From the NCBI GenBank assembly GCA_964353385.1, contig CAYGVP010000001.1, positions 1 through 28,025 of the forward strand: DNA of 28,025 nt, written 5' to 3'. A program made the translations under genes and the position numbers. Positions within the stretch are counted from its first letter, which is position 1. Every line of letters begins with the position of its first letter. The stretch comes from an uncultured Dehalococcoidaceae bacterium. Lineage in GTDB: Bacteria; Chloroflexota; Dehalococcoidia; Dehalococcoidales; RBG-16-60-22. The notes under the pieces were generated by a model. It saw only the letters and a list, made by a program, of their open reading frames with translations, was not told where the DNA came from and did not search any database. This document shows, piece by piece, positions 7,788 through 18,105 of this stretch.

Positions 7788-10700
7788 ATGAATATGAGCC
7801 CACAGCGAATACAAAAGCGGGGAAGTAATATTTCAAGTGCTACCACATCAGCCATTAAACGGATACAGAAGCACGGGAACGGTAGCAAATTAAGGCGGCA
7901 TGAACAGGTTGAAAGAGCGCTGCGAGAATCGGAGGAGAAGTTCAGGAACCTGTTCGATAATGCCAGAGATATGATTGTCCTGGTCGATACAGAAACCGGA
8001 ACAATACTGGATATAAACACGGCCGGATGCAACCTGCTGGGTCTGCCTAAGGAAAAAATAATAGGTAGACACCAGAGTGAACTTCATCCTCCGGAACTTG
8101 CCGATAAGTATAAGCGACTCTTTCAGGACCATGTTCAAAGAGGGGGTAATGTCAACGATTATATCGTCGTCCAGAGGGCTGACGGCGCACAGATACCTAT
8201 GGACGTTTCCGCCAGCGCCGCGAAGCTGGCAGATAAAACAATTATTCAGGGGATTTTCCGCGATGTTACCGAACGCGCGAGGATAGAGAAGACTTTACAA
8301 GAATCGGAGGAAAAGTTCTCTAAGGCTTTCCATGCCAGCCCGGAAGCGATAGGCATTGTCACAGAAAAAGACGGAAAATTTATCGATGTAAATGAAAGTT
8401 ATGTACGGATGACCGGCTACTCCAGGGAAGAATTGATAGGCACCACTACAAACACACATAACTGGGTGAGACCAGAAGACCACACTAAAATGCAAAAGAT
8501 AATGCAGGAACAGGGCAGGATTTACAACGAAGAATTTGACTACCGTACGAAATCAGGCGAAATCCGCACGAGGCTGTTTTCGATAGAAACTATCACCATA
8601 AATGGCGAGCTGTGCAGAATCGGCGTTTCGACAGATATCACCGAGCGGAAGCGGGCGGAGGAAGCACTACAGAAAGAGCGGGCTTTCCTTAGCAGCATTC
8701 TCACCGGCATTCAGGACGGCATTACCGTCCTCGATAATAAGCTCAATATTATCAGTGCGAACAAAACAGCGGAAAAGTGGTTCGCACATGGTATGCCACT
8801 TATCGGCAAAAAGTGTTATGAGGCTTGTCACAACCGGAGCAAGCCGTGTGAAGCCTGCCCCACAATGCAGACTCTAGAGACTGGCAAAGCTGCCAATCAA
8901 GTTGTCCCCAGACATAGTCCTGATGGCATGATTACCGGCTGGTCTGAACTTCATACTTTTCCAATCTTCGATACGCAGAAAGGGGAAATAACCGGCATTA
9001 TAGAATATGGGCGCGATGTTACCGCGCGGAAGCAGGCGGAGGAGGCTTTACGAGAATCGGAGGAAAAGTTCTCCAAGGCATTCCATGCCATCCCCGAGGC
9101 CGTCGCCATTTGCACCCTGAAAGACGGCATATTCCTTGAAGTGAACGATAGCTTTATCTCCTTCAACGAATATACCCGTGAAGAGGTAATCGGGCATGAA
9201 ACCAAAGAGTTAAATATCTGGGTAAATCCCGGCGACCGCTACCGGATAAAACAGCTAGTGGAGAAACGCGGCCATTTTGAAAATGAAGAGTTTTTATTCC
9301 GGAGCAAATCAGGCGAGATGCGTAACGTTTTACTATCGGCCGATGTGATTAATTTCGGCGGTAAACCCTGTATGCTGACCATCGGCAATGACATTACCAA
9401 GCGGAAGAAAATGGAAAATGCTTTAAAAGAGTCTGAGGAAAAGTTCTCCAAGGCTTTCCATGCCAGCCCGGAAGCGATTGCCATTGCCACAGCAAAAGAC
9501 GAAAAGCTTATCGATATAAATGAAAGTTATACGCAGATAACCGGCTACTCCAGGGAAGAATTGATAGGCAACACTTCAACCTCCGTGCATATCTGGGCAA
9601 GCCCTGAAGACCACACTAAAATGCGCAAGATGATGCAGCAACAGGGCAGGATTTACAACGAAGAATTTGACTACCGTACGAAATCAGGCGAAATCCGCAC
9701 GAGGCTGTTTTCGCTGGAACCTATCACCATAAATGGAGAGCCGTGCACAATCGGCGTTTCGATAGATATCACCGAGCGTAAGATGATGGAAAACGCATTA
9801 AGAGAAAGGGAGAAGAGGTTTAGCGATATCGCCTTGAACACTCTAGAGTGGATTTGGGAGGTTGATGTTAATGGGAAATACACTTACTCGAGTCCTGTTG
9901 TTGAAAAGATTCTGGGGTATAAACCCGAGGAAATACTTGAGAAATACTTTTATTCCTTTTTCCTTCCTGAAGAGCGGGAGGAATTAAAGAAAGCAGCGCT
10001 TGAAGTATTTGCCCAAAAACAGCCGTTCAATGGATTCATCAACCGTAACATACACAAAAACGGTAAAACAGTCGACTTTTTGACAAGTGGGGTCCCCATA
10101 ATTGATAAGGATGGAAATCTCCTCGGATACAGAGGCGTAGATACCGATATCACCGAACGCAAGGCAATGGAACGGGTAATAAGAGAATCGGAGGAAAAGT
10201 TTTCTAAGGCTTTCCATGCCATACCTGAACAGGTCACTATAGTCAGAATGAAAGACGGCATATTCATCGACGTTAATGAAAGTTTCTGCCGCAATAACGG
10301 GTACACCCGCGAAGAAGTAATCGGCCGTAAAAGGGAGGAATTAAATCTCTTAATAGGTCAAAGCCAGCGGGAACAGTTTATGAAAATAGTAAAAGAACAA
10401 GGCCACGCTGAGAATATCGAACTTGAATGCAGGGACAAATCAGGCGAAACACGTACACTATTGTTTTCCTCCGATATTATCAACCTCGGCGGTGAGCCCT
10501 GTCAATTGACTATCGTCAATGACATTACCAAGCGGAAGCAAGGAGAGCAAAAACTGCAACAGGCCATGGCCGAACTGGAATCATCCGGCGCCAAACTACA
10601 GGCTACCAACAAAGAACTGGAGAGTTTCAGTTACTCTGTTTCCCACGACCTGCGGTCGCCTTTGAGGAGCATTGACGGCTTCAGCCAAGCGTTGCTGGAA

Positions 10701-11273
10701 GACTATTTGGATAGACTTGATGAAAAAGGCCAGGACTATTTACACCGCTTACGCAGTGCCAGCCAGAAAATGGGCGAACTGATTGACGGTCTGCTTAAGC
10801 TATCCCGCCTGACAAGATGGGAAATGCACCATGAGAAAGTGGATTTAAGTTCGCTCGCGAATGAGATTGCCGCCAGGCTCCAGGAAACAAATCCGGAGCG
10901 CAACGTTAAGTTCATCATAGGCAGCGACCTGAAAGCTAACGGCGACCCGCAGATGTTGAGAGTCCTGGTGGAAAACCTATTCGGCAACGCCTTTAAGTTT
11001 ACAAAAAATACAAAACAAGCCCTTGTAGAGTTCGGCAGTATTACCGAAGGTGAAAGAAAAACCTTTTTTATTAAGGATAACGGCGCCGGATTCGATATGG
11101 CTTTCAAAGATAAACTTTTTGGCGCCTTCCAGCGCCTTCACGATGCGGCTGAATTTCCCGGCACCGGTATCGGTTTAGCCACGGTGCAGCGGATTATTAA
11201 TCGGCACGGCGGCAGCATCCGCGCGGAAGGAGCGGTAGGAGAGGGAGCTATTTTCTATTTTTCTCTAAATTAA
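7788..11273 (+). CDS. Cytoplasmic multi-PAS (7 PAS/PAC) sensor histidine kinase, Cph1/BphP-type transmitter
   Basis: Repeated (S)EEKF...D(I/V)TERK PAS units; H-box ELESFSYSVSHDLRSPL; N-box ENLFGNAFKF; DNGAGF; GTGIGL; no TM segment seen. Confidence 0.95.
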   Translation: MNMSPQRIQKRGSNISSATTSAIKRIQKHGNGSKLRRHEQVERALRESEEKFRNLFDNARDMIVLVDTETGTILDINTAGCNLLGLPKEKIIGRHQSELHPPELADKYKRLFQDHVQRGGNVNDYIVVQRADGAQIPMDVSASAAKLADKTIIQGIFRDVTERARIEKTLQESEEKFSKAFHASPEAIGIVTEKDGKFIDVNESYVRMTGYSREELIGTTTNTHNWVRPEDHTKMQKIMQEQGRIYNEEFDYRTKSGEIRTRLFSIETITINGELCRIGVSTDITERKRAEEALQKERAFLSSILTGIQDGITVLDNKLNIISANKTAEKWFAHGMPLIGKKCYEACHNRSKPCEACPTMQTLETGKAANQVVPRHSPDGMITGWSELHTFPIFDTQKGEITGIIEYGRDVTARKQAEEALRESEEKFSKAFHAIPEAVAICTLKDGIFLEVNDSFISFNEYTREEVIGHETKELNIWVNPGDRYRIKQLVEKRGHFENEEFLFRSKSGEMRNVLLSADVINFGGKPCMLTIGNDITKRKKMENALKESEEKFSKAFHASPEAIAIATAKDEKLIDINESYTQITGYSREELIGNTSTSVHIWASPEDHTKMRKMMQQQGRIYNEEFDYRTKSGEIRTRLFSLEPITINGEPCTIGVSIDITERKMMENALREREKRFSDIALNTLEWIWEVDVNGKYTYSSPVVEKILGYKPEEILEKYFYSFFLPEEREELKKAALEVFAQKQPFNGFINRNIHKNGKTVDFLTSGVPIIDKDGNLLGYRGVDTDITERKAMERVIRESEEKFSKAFHAIPEQVTIVRMKDGIFIDVNESFCRNNGYTREEVIGRKREELNLLIGQSQREQFMKIVKEQGHAENIELECRDKSGETRTLLFSSDIINLGGEPCQLTIVNDITKRKQGEQKLQQAMAELESSGAKLQATNKELESFSYSVSHDLRSPLRSIDGFSQALLEDYLDRLDEKGQDYLHRLRSASQKMGELIDGLLKLSRLTRWEMHHEKVDLSSLANEIAARLQETNPERNVKFIIGSDLKANGDPQMLRVLVENLFGNAFKFTKNTKQALVEFGSITEGERKTFFIKDNGAGFDMAFKDKLFGAFQRLHDAAEFPGTGIGLATVQRIINRHGGSIRAEGAVGEGAIFYFSLN
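8301..9782 (+). repeat. Intragenic duplication of a PAS module (8301-8650 vs 9429-9782)
   Basis: 8509-8582 is identical to 9640-9713 (74 bp); the flanks are highly similar, with a one-codon indel. Confidence 0.9.
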
Positions 11274-11278
11274 GGAGT

Positions 11279-11740
11279 ATGAAGATGACTACAGCAATGA
11301 ATGAAACAATTTTACTCGTGGAGGACAACCCGGACGACATCGAACTGACAAAGCGGGCATTCGGCAAAAACAACATCGCCAATAACCTGGTGGTTGCCCG
11401 CGACGGCGTCGAGGCTCTGGACTATCTTTTTTGCCGGGGTATCTACGCCGAGAGAAATATTAAAGATATACCGCGGCTGATTCTCCTGGATTTGAAATTG
11501 CCCAAGATGGATGGCCTGCAAGTGCTGGAATGCCTGCGTGCCGAAGAGCACACCAAGCTGGTGCCTACAGTAATCCTGACCTCTTCAAGAGAGGAGCAGG
11601 ACTTGATCAGCGGCTACAAGTACGGAGCCAATAGTTACGTTCGTAAGCCGATTAATTTTAACGAATTCGTTGATGCAGTACGGAATATCGGGCTCTACTG
11701 GCTGCTGATAAACGAGCCGCCGCCGGACAACCACCATTGA
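11279..11740 (+). CDS. Rcp1-like single-domain response regulator
   Basis: ILLVEDNPDDIEL, LILLDLKLPKMDG, VILTSS.EE.D, GANSYVRKP. SD spacing favours the ATG at 11285 as the start. Confidence 0.93.
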   Translation: MKMTTAMNETILLVEDNPDDIELTKRAFGKNNIANNLVVARDGVEALDYLFCRGIYAERNIKDIPRLILLDLKLPKMDGLQVLECLRAEEHTKLVPTVILTSSREEQDLISGYKYGANSYVRKPINFNEFVDAVRNIGLYWLLINEPPPDNHH

Positions 11741-11771
11741 TTACCCGAGTAATTAAATTTTATTAGTACCG

Positions 11772-14471
11772 ATGAAGGTGAGCAGCATGGAAAATAAAAG
11801 AATATCCGTCCTATTAATAGAAGATAGCATCGACGATGCTGAGTTGATTAAGAGGAAACTGGAGAAATCTATTAGTACCAGATTCCAGGTCACAATAGCG
11901 CGTAAGCTTGAGGACGGGCTGAAACAGGCGGAAATAAATGAGCCGGACCTGATTGTCTCCGACCTGGGATTACCGGACAGCCACGGACTCGATACAGTTA
12001 CGAAAATTCTTCTGGCGGTGCCGCACGTACCACTGGTGGTGTTAAGCGGTTTTGATGACGAAGAAACTGGCATCAAGGCGGTGCAATCCGGGGCGCAGGA
12101 CTATCTGGTGAAAGGGCGACTGGACGACGCTCAACTGGAACGGCCTATCTATTATTCCATCGAGCGAGCACGGTTACAGCACGAACTGGAACAGAACTCA
12201 CAGGAAATTTCCAAGCTGCAAGTCAATTTATTTAAAATCCTGGAGAATAGCACCGATGCAACAGTTGTAGTTGGCGAAAATGGCAGTATACTTTTTACCA
12301 ATCCTGCAGTCGAATCTCTTTTCGGGCAGAAGCAAAAAGAACTATTGAACCAGTCGTTCCAGTATCCGCTGGTAGGCGGAAAGACATCAGAGATTGAAAT
12401 TTACCGAACCGATGGTAAGAAAAACATTGCCGAAATGAATGTTGTGAATATCTCCTGGGAAGGCAGGCCGGCATGCCTGGTTTCCATGCACAACATTACA
12501 AAACGCAAGGCAATGGAAGAAGCCCTGCGGACAAGCGAGGAAAAATACCGCAATATCGTTGAACTATCCCATGAAGGGATTATCATAACAAATCTCCAGG
12601 GAGTAATCACGTCATGTAACATGACTTTCTTAAGCATGATTGGGTTGCCCCAAGAGGAAGTTGCGGGGAAACACTTTCAGGATATCCCGAATATAAATAT
12701 CAAAGACCTTCCTACCTACATAAAGATGTTCGCGTCTCTTTTACAGGGTAAGAAAAATCCACCGCTGGAAATATCATGGAAAATTGACAACGGGCCAGCC
12801 GGAATATTCGAGCTTAAGTCTAACTTGATGAAATCGAACGGTGATATCTTCGGGGTTCAGACAATCGTTACCGATATAACCGAGCGGAAGCGGGCGGAGA
12901 AGGCTTTACAAGAATCAGAGGAAAAGTTCTCTAAGGCTTTCCTCAACAGCCCGGAGTCAATCGTCATTTCCGATATAGATGACGAAGTTATTATTGAAGC
13001 CAACGACACGTTTTTGCGTTTTTCCGGCTATACCCGTGAAGAAATTATCGGCAAAAAGGCGAGCGAGCTTAATACCTGGGCTAATCCGGAAGAACGCGCC
13101 GAAGTAATAAAGATACTAAAGCAGGAGGGAGTAGTCCGTAACAGAGAATGCCATTTCCGTATGAAATCTGGAGAGAAAAGTATACAGCTTTTTTCCGCGG
13201 AAATCATTAATATAGGCGACCGGCCGTGTATGCTCTCGGTAACTACTGATATAACCGAACGTAAGAAAATGGAGGAAGACCTGAAACAAAGCGAGGAAAA
13301 GTACCGAGAGCTTATCAATACCTCTATCGATGCCATTATCTCCGCGGACCCAAAGATGAGAGTCACCATTTGGAACCATGGGGCAGAGAAAATCTTTGGA
13401 TATACAGAAAAAGAGATGATGGGGCAATCAGTGTTAAAAATAGTCTCCGAAACATACGGAAAAGGGATGGTCGAAGGCTTCGGTCATCTCCATAAAACAG
13501 GCTCGAGCGCGGTATCGGAGAAAATAACAGAAACCATCGCTATTAGAAAAAATGGTACCCAAGTACCCATTGAATTATCAATATCAACCAGAAAAGCCGG
13601 CGATACCTATATTGCCACGGCAATTATCAGAGATATTACCGCGCGTAAAGAGGCGGAGGAAAAGCTGCGAAAAATCGACCAGATGAAAACCGAGTTTCTG
13701 TCTAACGTATCCCACGAACTGCGCACGCCGCTGCAATCCATCAGCGGCTTTACTAAATTGATTATGACCGGCAAGGTGCCCGACTCCGCCACCCAGCAGG
13801 AATTTCTCCAGATTATCGATACAGAGATTTCCCATCTGGGTAATCTAATCAACAGTCTGCTGGATATGTCGCGGCTGGAATCCGGGCGATTTCAAATTTA
13901 CAAGAAGAACGTATCAATGCGCGATATCATCATTGACTGCATGAAGACATTACATGGTCTCGCCCGCGAGAAGAATATTACTCTAAGTGAAAACCTGCCG
14001 AAGCAATTGCCTGAAATGGAAGCTGATAATGAAAGAGTGCGGCAGGTAATCCTTAACCTGGTTGGTAACGCAATTAAATTCAGCGACCACGGCGGGAGCG
14101 TTAATATCAAGGTGACGGAGCAAAATAGCGAGTTATTGTTCCAGGTTATAGACAACGGCACTGGAATAAAGAAAGAGGCTATGCCCCATCTTTTCGAGAG
14201 ATTTTACCGCGCCGAGGGGGAAACGGTAAAAGGCGGTACGGGGTTGGGACTTTATATATCCAAGCAAATTATTGATGCACACAGAGGGCAAATCTGGGCA
14301 GAAAGCAAATACGGCGAGGGGAGTACTTTCAGCTTTACCCTGCCCTTTAACAACAAAGGAGGAGAAAAACATGGGAAAGAAAATTCTAATAATCGAAGAC
14401 GATCCGGCAACGCAAAGACTGGTAGATTACTCGCTAAAGCAGGAGGGGTACCAGATAATCACGGCCTCTAA
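11772..14471 (+). CDS. Hybrid kinase: N-terminal REC, 4 PAS, HisKA, HATPase
   Basis: VLLIEDSIDD..LIVSDLGLPDS.G..GAQDYLVK; H-box FLSNVSHELRTPL; NLVGNAIKFS; DNGTGI; GTGLGL. The tail reads through into the next gene. Confidence 0.93.
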   Translation: MKVSSMENKRISVLLIEDSIDDAELIKRKLEKSISTRFQVTIARKLEDGLKQAEINEPDLIVSDLGLPDSHGLDTVTKILLAVPHVPLVVLSGFDDEETGIKAVQSGAQDYLVKGRLDDAQLERPIYYSIERARLQHELEQNSQEISKLQVNLFKILENSTDATVVVGENGSILFTNPAVESLFGQKQKELLNQSFQYPLVGGKTSEIEIYRTDGKKNIAEMNVVNISWEGRPACLVSMHNITKRKAMEEALRTSEEKYRNIVELSHEGIIITNLQGVITSCNMTFLSMIGLPQEEVAGKHFQDIPNINIKDLPTYIKMFASLLQGKKNPPLEISWKIDNGPAGIFELKSNLMKSNGDIFGVQTIVTDITERKRAEKALQESEEKFSKAFLNSPESIVISDIDDEVIIEANDTFLRFSGYTREEIIGKKASELNTWANPEERAEVIKILKQEGVVRNRECHFRMKSGEKSIQLFSAEIINIGDRPCMLSVTTDITERKKMEEDLKQSEEKYRELINTSIDAIISADPKMRVTIWNHGAEKIFGYTEKEMMGQSVLKIVSETYGKGMVEGFGHLHKTGSSAVSEKITETIAIRKNGTQVPIELSISTRKAGDTYIATAIIRDITARKEAEEKLRKIDQMKTEFLSNVSHELRTPLQSISGFTKLIMTGKVPDSATQQEFLQIIDTEISHLGNLINSLLDMSRLESGRFQIYKKNVSMRDIIIDCMKTLHGLAREKNITLSENLPKQLPEMEADNERVRQVILNLVGNAIKFSDHGGSVNIKVTEQNSELLFQVIDNGTGIKKEAMPHLFERFYRAEGETVKGGTGLGLYISKQIIDAHRGQIWAESKYGEGSTFSFTLPFNNKGGEKHGKENSNNRRRSGNAKTGRLLAKAGGVPDNHGL

Positions 14472-14778
14472 CGGCTTAGAAGGGATAAGAAAAGCGCTCG
14501 GAGAAGCGCCCGACCTTATTATCCTGGATGTTATGCTGCCGGGGATGGACGGATTTGAAATCTGCTACCGGTTAAGGGCCGAACCCTCTACAGCAAATCT
14601 GCCCATCCTGATGTTCTCTGCCAAGGCGCAGGAAATAGATAAGGATACCGGCATCAAGGTGGGGGCAGATGATTATCTAACTAAGCCTTCTGCTCCGGCG
14701 GACATAGTAAATCGTGTGGGTAAATTATTAGCTAAAAAGAAGTCCGGCGTAACGCCCCGGGAGAAAGTAGCCGGATAA
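14371..14778 (+). CDS. Single-domain CheY-like response regulator immediately upstream of pilB
   Basis: MGKKILIIEDD, LIILDVMLPGMDG, GADDYLTKP; SD AAGGAGG before the ATG at 14371. Confidence 0.92.
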   Translation: MGKKILIIEDDPATQRLVDYSLKQEGYQIITASNGLEGIRKALGEAPDLIILDVMLPGMDGFEICYRLRAEPSTANLPILMFSAKAQEIDKDTGIKVGADDYLTKPSAPADIVNRVGKLLAKKKSGVTPREKVAG

Positions 14779-14787
14779 GGAAAAGGC

Positions 14788-16473
14788 ATGTTAGCGGACA
14801 AGACCTCTAAAAAGACCCTTGGTGATATGCTTATCGAGGAGAAGCTTATCACGCCAGAACAGCTAGAAAGCGCCCTGGCAATACAGCGGCAAAAGGGCGG
14901 CAAACTAAGCGATATATTACTGAAACAGGGCCTAGTTAAAGCCGAGGAACTGGCTGTTGTGCTTAGTATTCAATTGAAGCTGCCGCTTATCGACCTTAGG
15001 AGACATACTGTGCAACCACAGGCGCTGCGGCTTATCCCGGAAGAAATGGCCCGTAAACATGCCCTTATTCCTCTGGATATTGTAAATGACTCTTTAATGG
15101 TGGTCATGGCCGACCCCGAGGACATCCGTACTCTTGAGGATATTAAGGTCCAGGCCAAGATGAGAGTAGAGGTAGCGCTCGGCGTACGTTCCGATATAGA
15201 AAGGGCGATAAATATTCATTACCGTTCAAGCGGCGCCATCGAAAAACAGGTAAGCCAGTTCGCGCCAGCGCCGGAAGAGAAAAAAGAAGAGACAACTACT
15301 ATCACTGCAAGCACGCCAATTGCCGAGACACTCAACCTGCTGGTAGCGCAAGCCGTTAAGGACCGGGCGTCCGATGTGCACATCGAACCACAAGAAGACA
15401 GGCTAAGGATAAGGTACCGGATTGACGGCATCCTGCATGATATGTATTCCTTTCCCCTTAATATCCATTCTCCGCTGGTATCACGGGTAAAAATTCTTGC
15501 GGAGATGGATATTTCAGAGCAGAGACGTCCGCAGGACGGTCAATTTGCCATTATGATAGGGGGCAACGAGATTGATATCCGCACAGCAACCTTGGAGACG
15601 CCTTATGGGGAGAGGGTGACATTGCGGATACTGGATAAATCGCTGGCGCTTTTTACGCTAACCGAACTTGGTTTTCAACCCGATGTCCTGAAGAAGTATC
15701 GGGCGATGCTGAAGAGTCCGATTGGCATGATACTAGCCGGAGGGCCAACCGGTTCCGGGAAAACAACTACCCTATACGCCTCTATCAATGAGCTGGATAG
15801 AAACGAACGTAATATTATGACGATTGAAGACCCGATAGAATATAGTTTTATGGATATTAACCAGGCACAGGTGAACACTAAGGCAGGTCTGACTTTTGCC
15901 AACGGTCTGCGGGCAATCATGCGGCACGACCCGGATGTGATACTCGTAGGAGAGATAAGAGACAAGGATACCGTTAGCACCGCTATCCAGGCTTCTCTTA
16001 CAGGGCATCTGGTGCTGTCCTCAATACATGCCAACGATGCTGTCGGTGTGCTTTTCCGGATGATGGACCTCGAAGCGGAAGCTTCTTCCATCTCAACTAC
16101 GCTTATCGGTATGGTTTCGCAGCGAATGGTACGCCGCATATGTACCAATTGCCGCTCGACTTACCGTCCGACCGATGAAGAGCTGGAGGTTTTTAACAAG
16201 GAAATGGGGAATGAAGCTACTACGTTCTATCACGGCACAGGATGCAATTTATGCGCCGATACCGGCTACCGCGGGCGGACGGGGATTTTTGAATTCCTAA
16301 CTATGAGCGAGCCTATCAGGAAGCTGCTGCGGAGCAACGCCGGAGCCAGCGAAATAAGAGCGCAAGCCATCGCCGAGGGTATGGTAACGATGAAACAGGA
16401 CGGCATGAAAAAAGTTAAGGACGGGGTGACATCAATCAGCGAGGTAATGCGCAGCGTATTTTCAGTTAGCTGA
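14788..16473 (+). CDS. pilB: Type IV pilus assembly ATPase PilB/GspE
   Basis: N-terminal MshEN-like KTLGDMLIEEKLITPEQLESAL, ASDVHIEP, Walker A GPTGSGKTTT, TIEDPIEY, DPDVILVGEIRD, GHLVLSSIHAND, Zn-binding CTNC/CNLC, GYRGRTGIFE. Confidence 0.95.
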   Translation: MLADKTSKKTLGDMLIEEKLITPEQLESALAIQRQKGGKLSDILLKQGLVKAEELAVVLSIQLKLPLIDLRRHTVQPQALRLIPEEMARKHALIPLDIVNDSLMVVMADPEDIRTLEDIKVQAKMRVEVALGVRSDIERAINIHYRSSGAIEKQVSQFAPAPEEKKEETTTITASTPIAETLNLLVAQAVKDRASDVHIEPQEDRLRIRYRIDGILHDMYSFPLNIHSPLVSRVKILAEMDISEQRRPQDGQFAIMIGGNEIDIRTATLETPYGERVTLRILDKSLALFTLTELGFQPDVLKKYRAMLKSPIGMILAGGPTGSGKTTTLYASINELDRNERNIMTIEDPIEYSFMDINQAQVNTKAGLTFANGLRAIMRHDPDVILVGEIRDKDTVSTAIQASLTGHLVLSSIHANDAVGVLFRMMDLEAEASSISTTLIGMVSQRMVRRICTNCRSTYRPTDEELEVFNKEMGNEATTFYHGTGCNLCADTGYRGRTGIFEFLTMSEPIRKLLRSNAGASEIRAQAIAEGMVTMKQDGMKKVKDGVTSISEVMRSVFSVS

Positions 16474-16483
16474 CGAGGGTAAG

Positions 16484-17698
16484 ATGACTTATAAATATCG
16501 AGCTTATTCTGCGGATAAAAAGATAATCGAAGGAAAGATTGATGTTGCCTCGGAGAACATGGCCGAGGCTGCTCTATACCATGCCGGGTTCCGGAATGTC
16601 ATCAGCCTGAAAGAAGTAACGCCGGGAGGACTAGATGTTAGTAAGCTGTTACCGACATTTGCCGGCGTCAAGATGCGGGACGTAATTGATATATCAAATC
16701 AACTTGCCACGCTAATCCAGGCGGGTATTCCCCTGTTATCCGCACTAAAGCTGCTTAGCGGACAGCTAATAAAGAAAGCGACGAAAAAAATTTTCAGCGG
16801 GTTAATCGAGGAAATTCAGGCCGGCAACTCGCTATCTCAAGGTTTAACCAAATATCCCCAGGCATTTCCCAATACGTATTGCCAGGTAATCAAAGCCAGC
16901 GAACAGGCCGGCACGCTGGAGGCCGGCTTAAGACAGGGAGCCAAATACCTTGAAAAACGTGCCTACGCGAACCAGAAAATAAAACGCGCCATGATGTATC
17001 CTATATTTGTTTTACTTATGGCTATCGGCGTGGCTTTTCTGCTGATTACAGTAGCCCTGCCACCTCTAACAGCTCTTTTCAATTCTCTTAATGTTCAGTT
17101 GCCATGGATGACCAGCACGCTGGTCAATACTGCCAATTTCTTTAGCTTTAACAGCCTTCCGTTACTCGGCGGACTGGTCGCCATCATATTGTCAATAATA
17201 GGTCTCTTAAGGCTGCAATCCGTGAAGCTGTCCAGAGACAGACTATTTTTAAAAATACCTATAATAGGCAAAATTATCATCGAACGCAGTATGGGGTTAT
17301 TCTGCCAGACAGCTTCGATGCTCTTGCAGGCAGGACTGCGGTTGCCCCAGATTATCGACATCGTCATCCAGACAAACCGTAACCAGGTATTACGTAATGC
17401 ATTTAAAAATGTCAGAGACAGATTGGTGCAGGGCGAGGGGCTATCCCAACCGATGTCCGAAAACACTATCTTTCCTCCCCTACTGGTTGAAATGACAGTG
17501 GTCGGCGAGAAGACCGGAGCGATGGATACCACGCTCGGCACCCTGGCGGACTTTTATGAACAGGAGGTCGACCGAAAAATCGACTCGCTGATATCGATGA
17601 TAGAGCCGGTATTGACTCTGGCCATCGGAGGGCTGGTGATTTTTATCGCCCTTTCCATGATAACGCCGCTCTATTCCATTTTAAAATCCATGCATTAA
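16484..17698 (+). CDS. pilC: Type IV pilus platform protein PilC/GspF
   Basis: Two T2SSF repeats (QLATLIQAGIPL..GE/SEQAGTLE; QTASMLLQAGLRL..VGEKTGAMD), AMMYP and MIEP TM anchors. Confidence 0.93.
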   Translation: MTYKYRAYSADKKIIEGKIDVASENMAEAALYHAGFRNVISLKEVTPGGLDVSKLLPTFAGVKMRDVIDISNQLATLIQAGIPLLSALKLLSGQLIKKATKKIFSGLIEEIQAGNSLSQGLTKYPQAFPNTYCQVIKASEQAGTLEAGLRQGAKYLEKRAYANQKIKRAMMYPIFVLLMAIGVAFLLITVALPPLTALFNSLNVQLPWMTSTLVNTANFFSFNSLPLLGGLVAIILSIIGLLRLQSVKLSRDRLFLKIPIIGKIIIERSMGLFCQTASMLLQAGLRLPQIIDIVIQTNRNQVLRNAFKNVRDRLVQGEGLSQPMSENTIFPPLLVEMTVVGEKTGAMDTTLGTLADFYEQEVDRKIDSLISMIEPVLTLAIGGLVIFIALSMITPLYSILKSMH

Positions 17699-18105
17699 TG
17701 ATAAAGGTAAAAAAAGAGATGACGAAAGCAACACGGCCTCGAACTCAATTGAATAGCCAGCAAGGCATCGGCCTGGTGGAAACACTGGTGGCCGTCGCGA
17801 TTCTGGGAACTTCAGTGGTGGCTTTTATAGTATCCCTTTCGGCAGGTTCGCTTACGGTAAACGAACTCAACCGGGAAACCATAGCGCAGAGTCTGGCGCA
17901 GACACAGATGGAATACACGAAAAATTACGCCTTTATCCCCGGCGCCGTAACTTATCCTGTATTAGCTGCCCCGGCTACCTACAGTGTATCGGTCGATGTG
18001 CTTGACGTACCCAGTACCGATACAAACATACAGAAGATAACGGTAACCGTCCAGAAGGATAGCGCAAATATCCTTGCGGTTTCCAATTACAAGGTGAAAA
18101 GATGA
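17698..18105 (+). CDS. Minor type IV pilin (PilV-like)
   Basis: QQG|IGLVETLVAVAILG with Glu5; C-terminal IQKITVTV. Alternative start at 17719. Confidence 0.85.
   Translation: MIKVKKEMTKATRPRTQLNSQQGIGLVETLVAVAILGTSVVAFIVSLSAGSLTVNELNRETIAQSLAQTQMEYTKNYAFIPGAVTYPVLAAPATYSVSVDVLDVPSTDTNIQKITVTVQKDSANILAVSNYKVKR

Noticed and set aside
7800-7890. Short internal duplication RIQKRG/RIQKHG at the kinase N-terminus
   Set aside because: Too short and degenerate to assign a function; the true start codon is also uncertain.
17709-17715. A7 tract at the 5' end of the first minor pilin as a phase-variation switch
   Set aside because: Short, and an in-frame ATG at 17719 downstream would bypass any slip.
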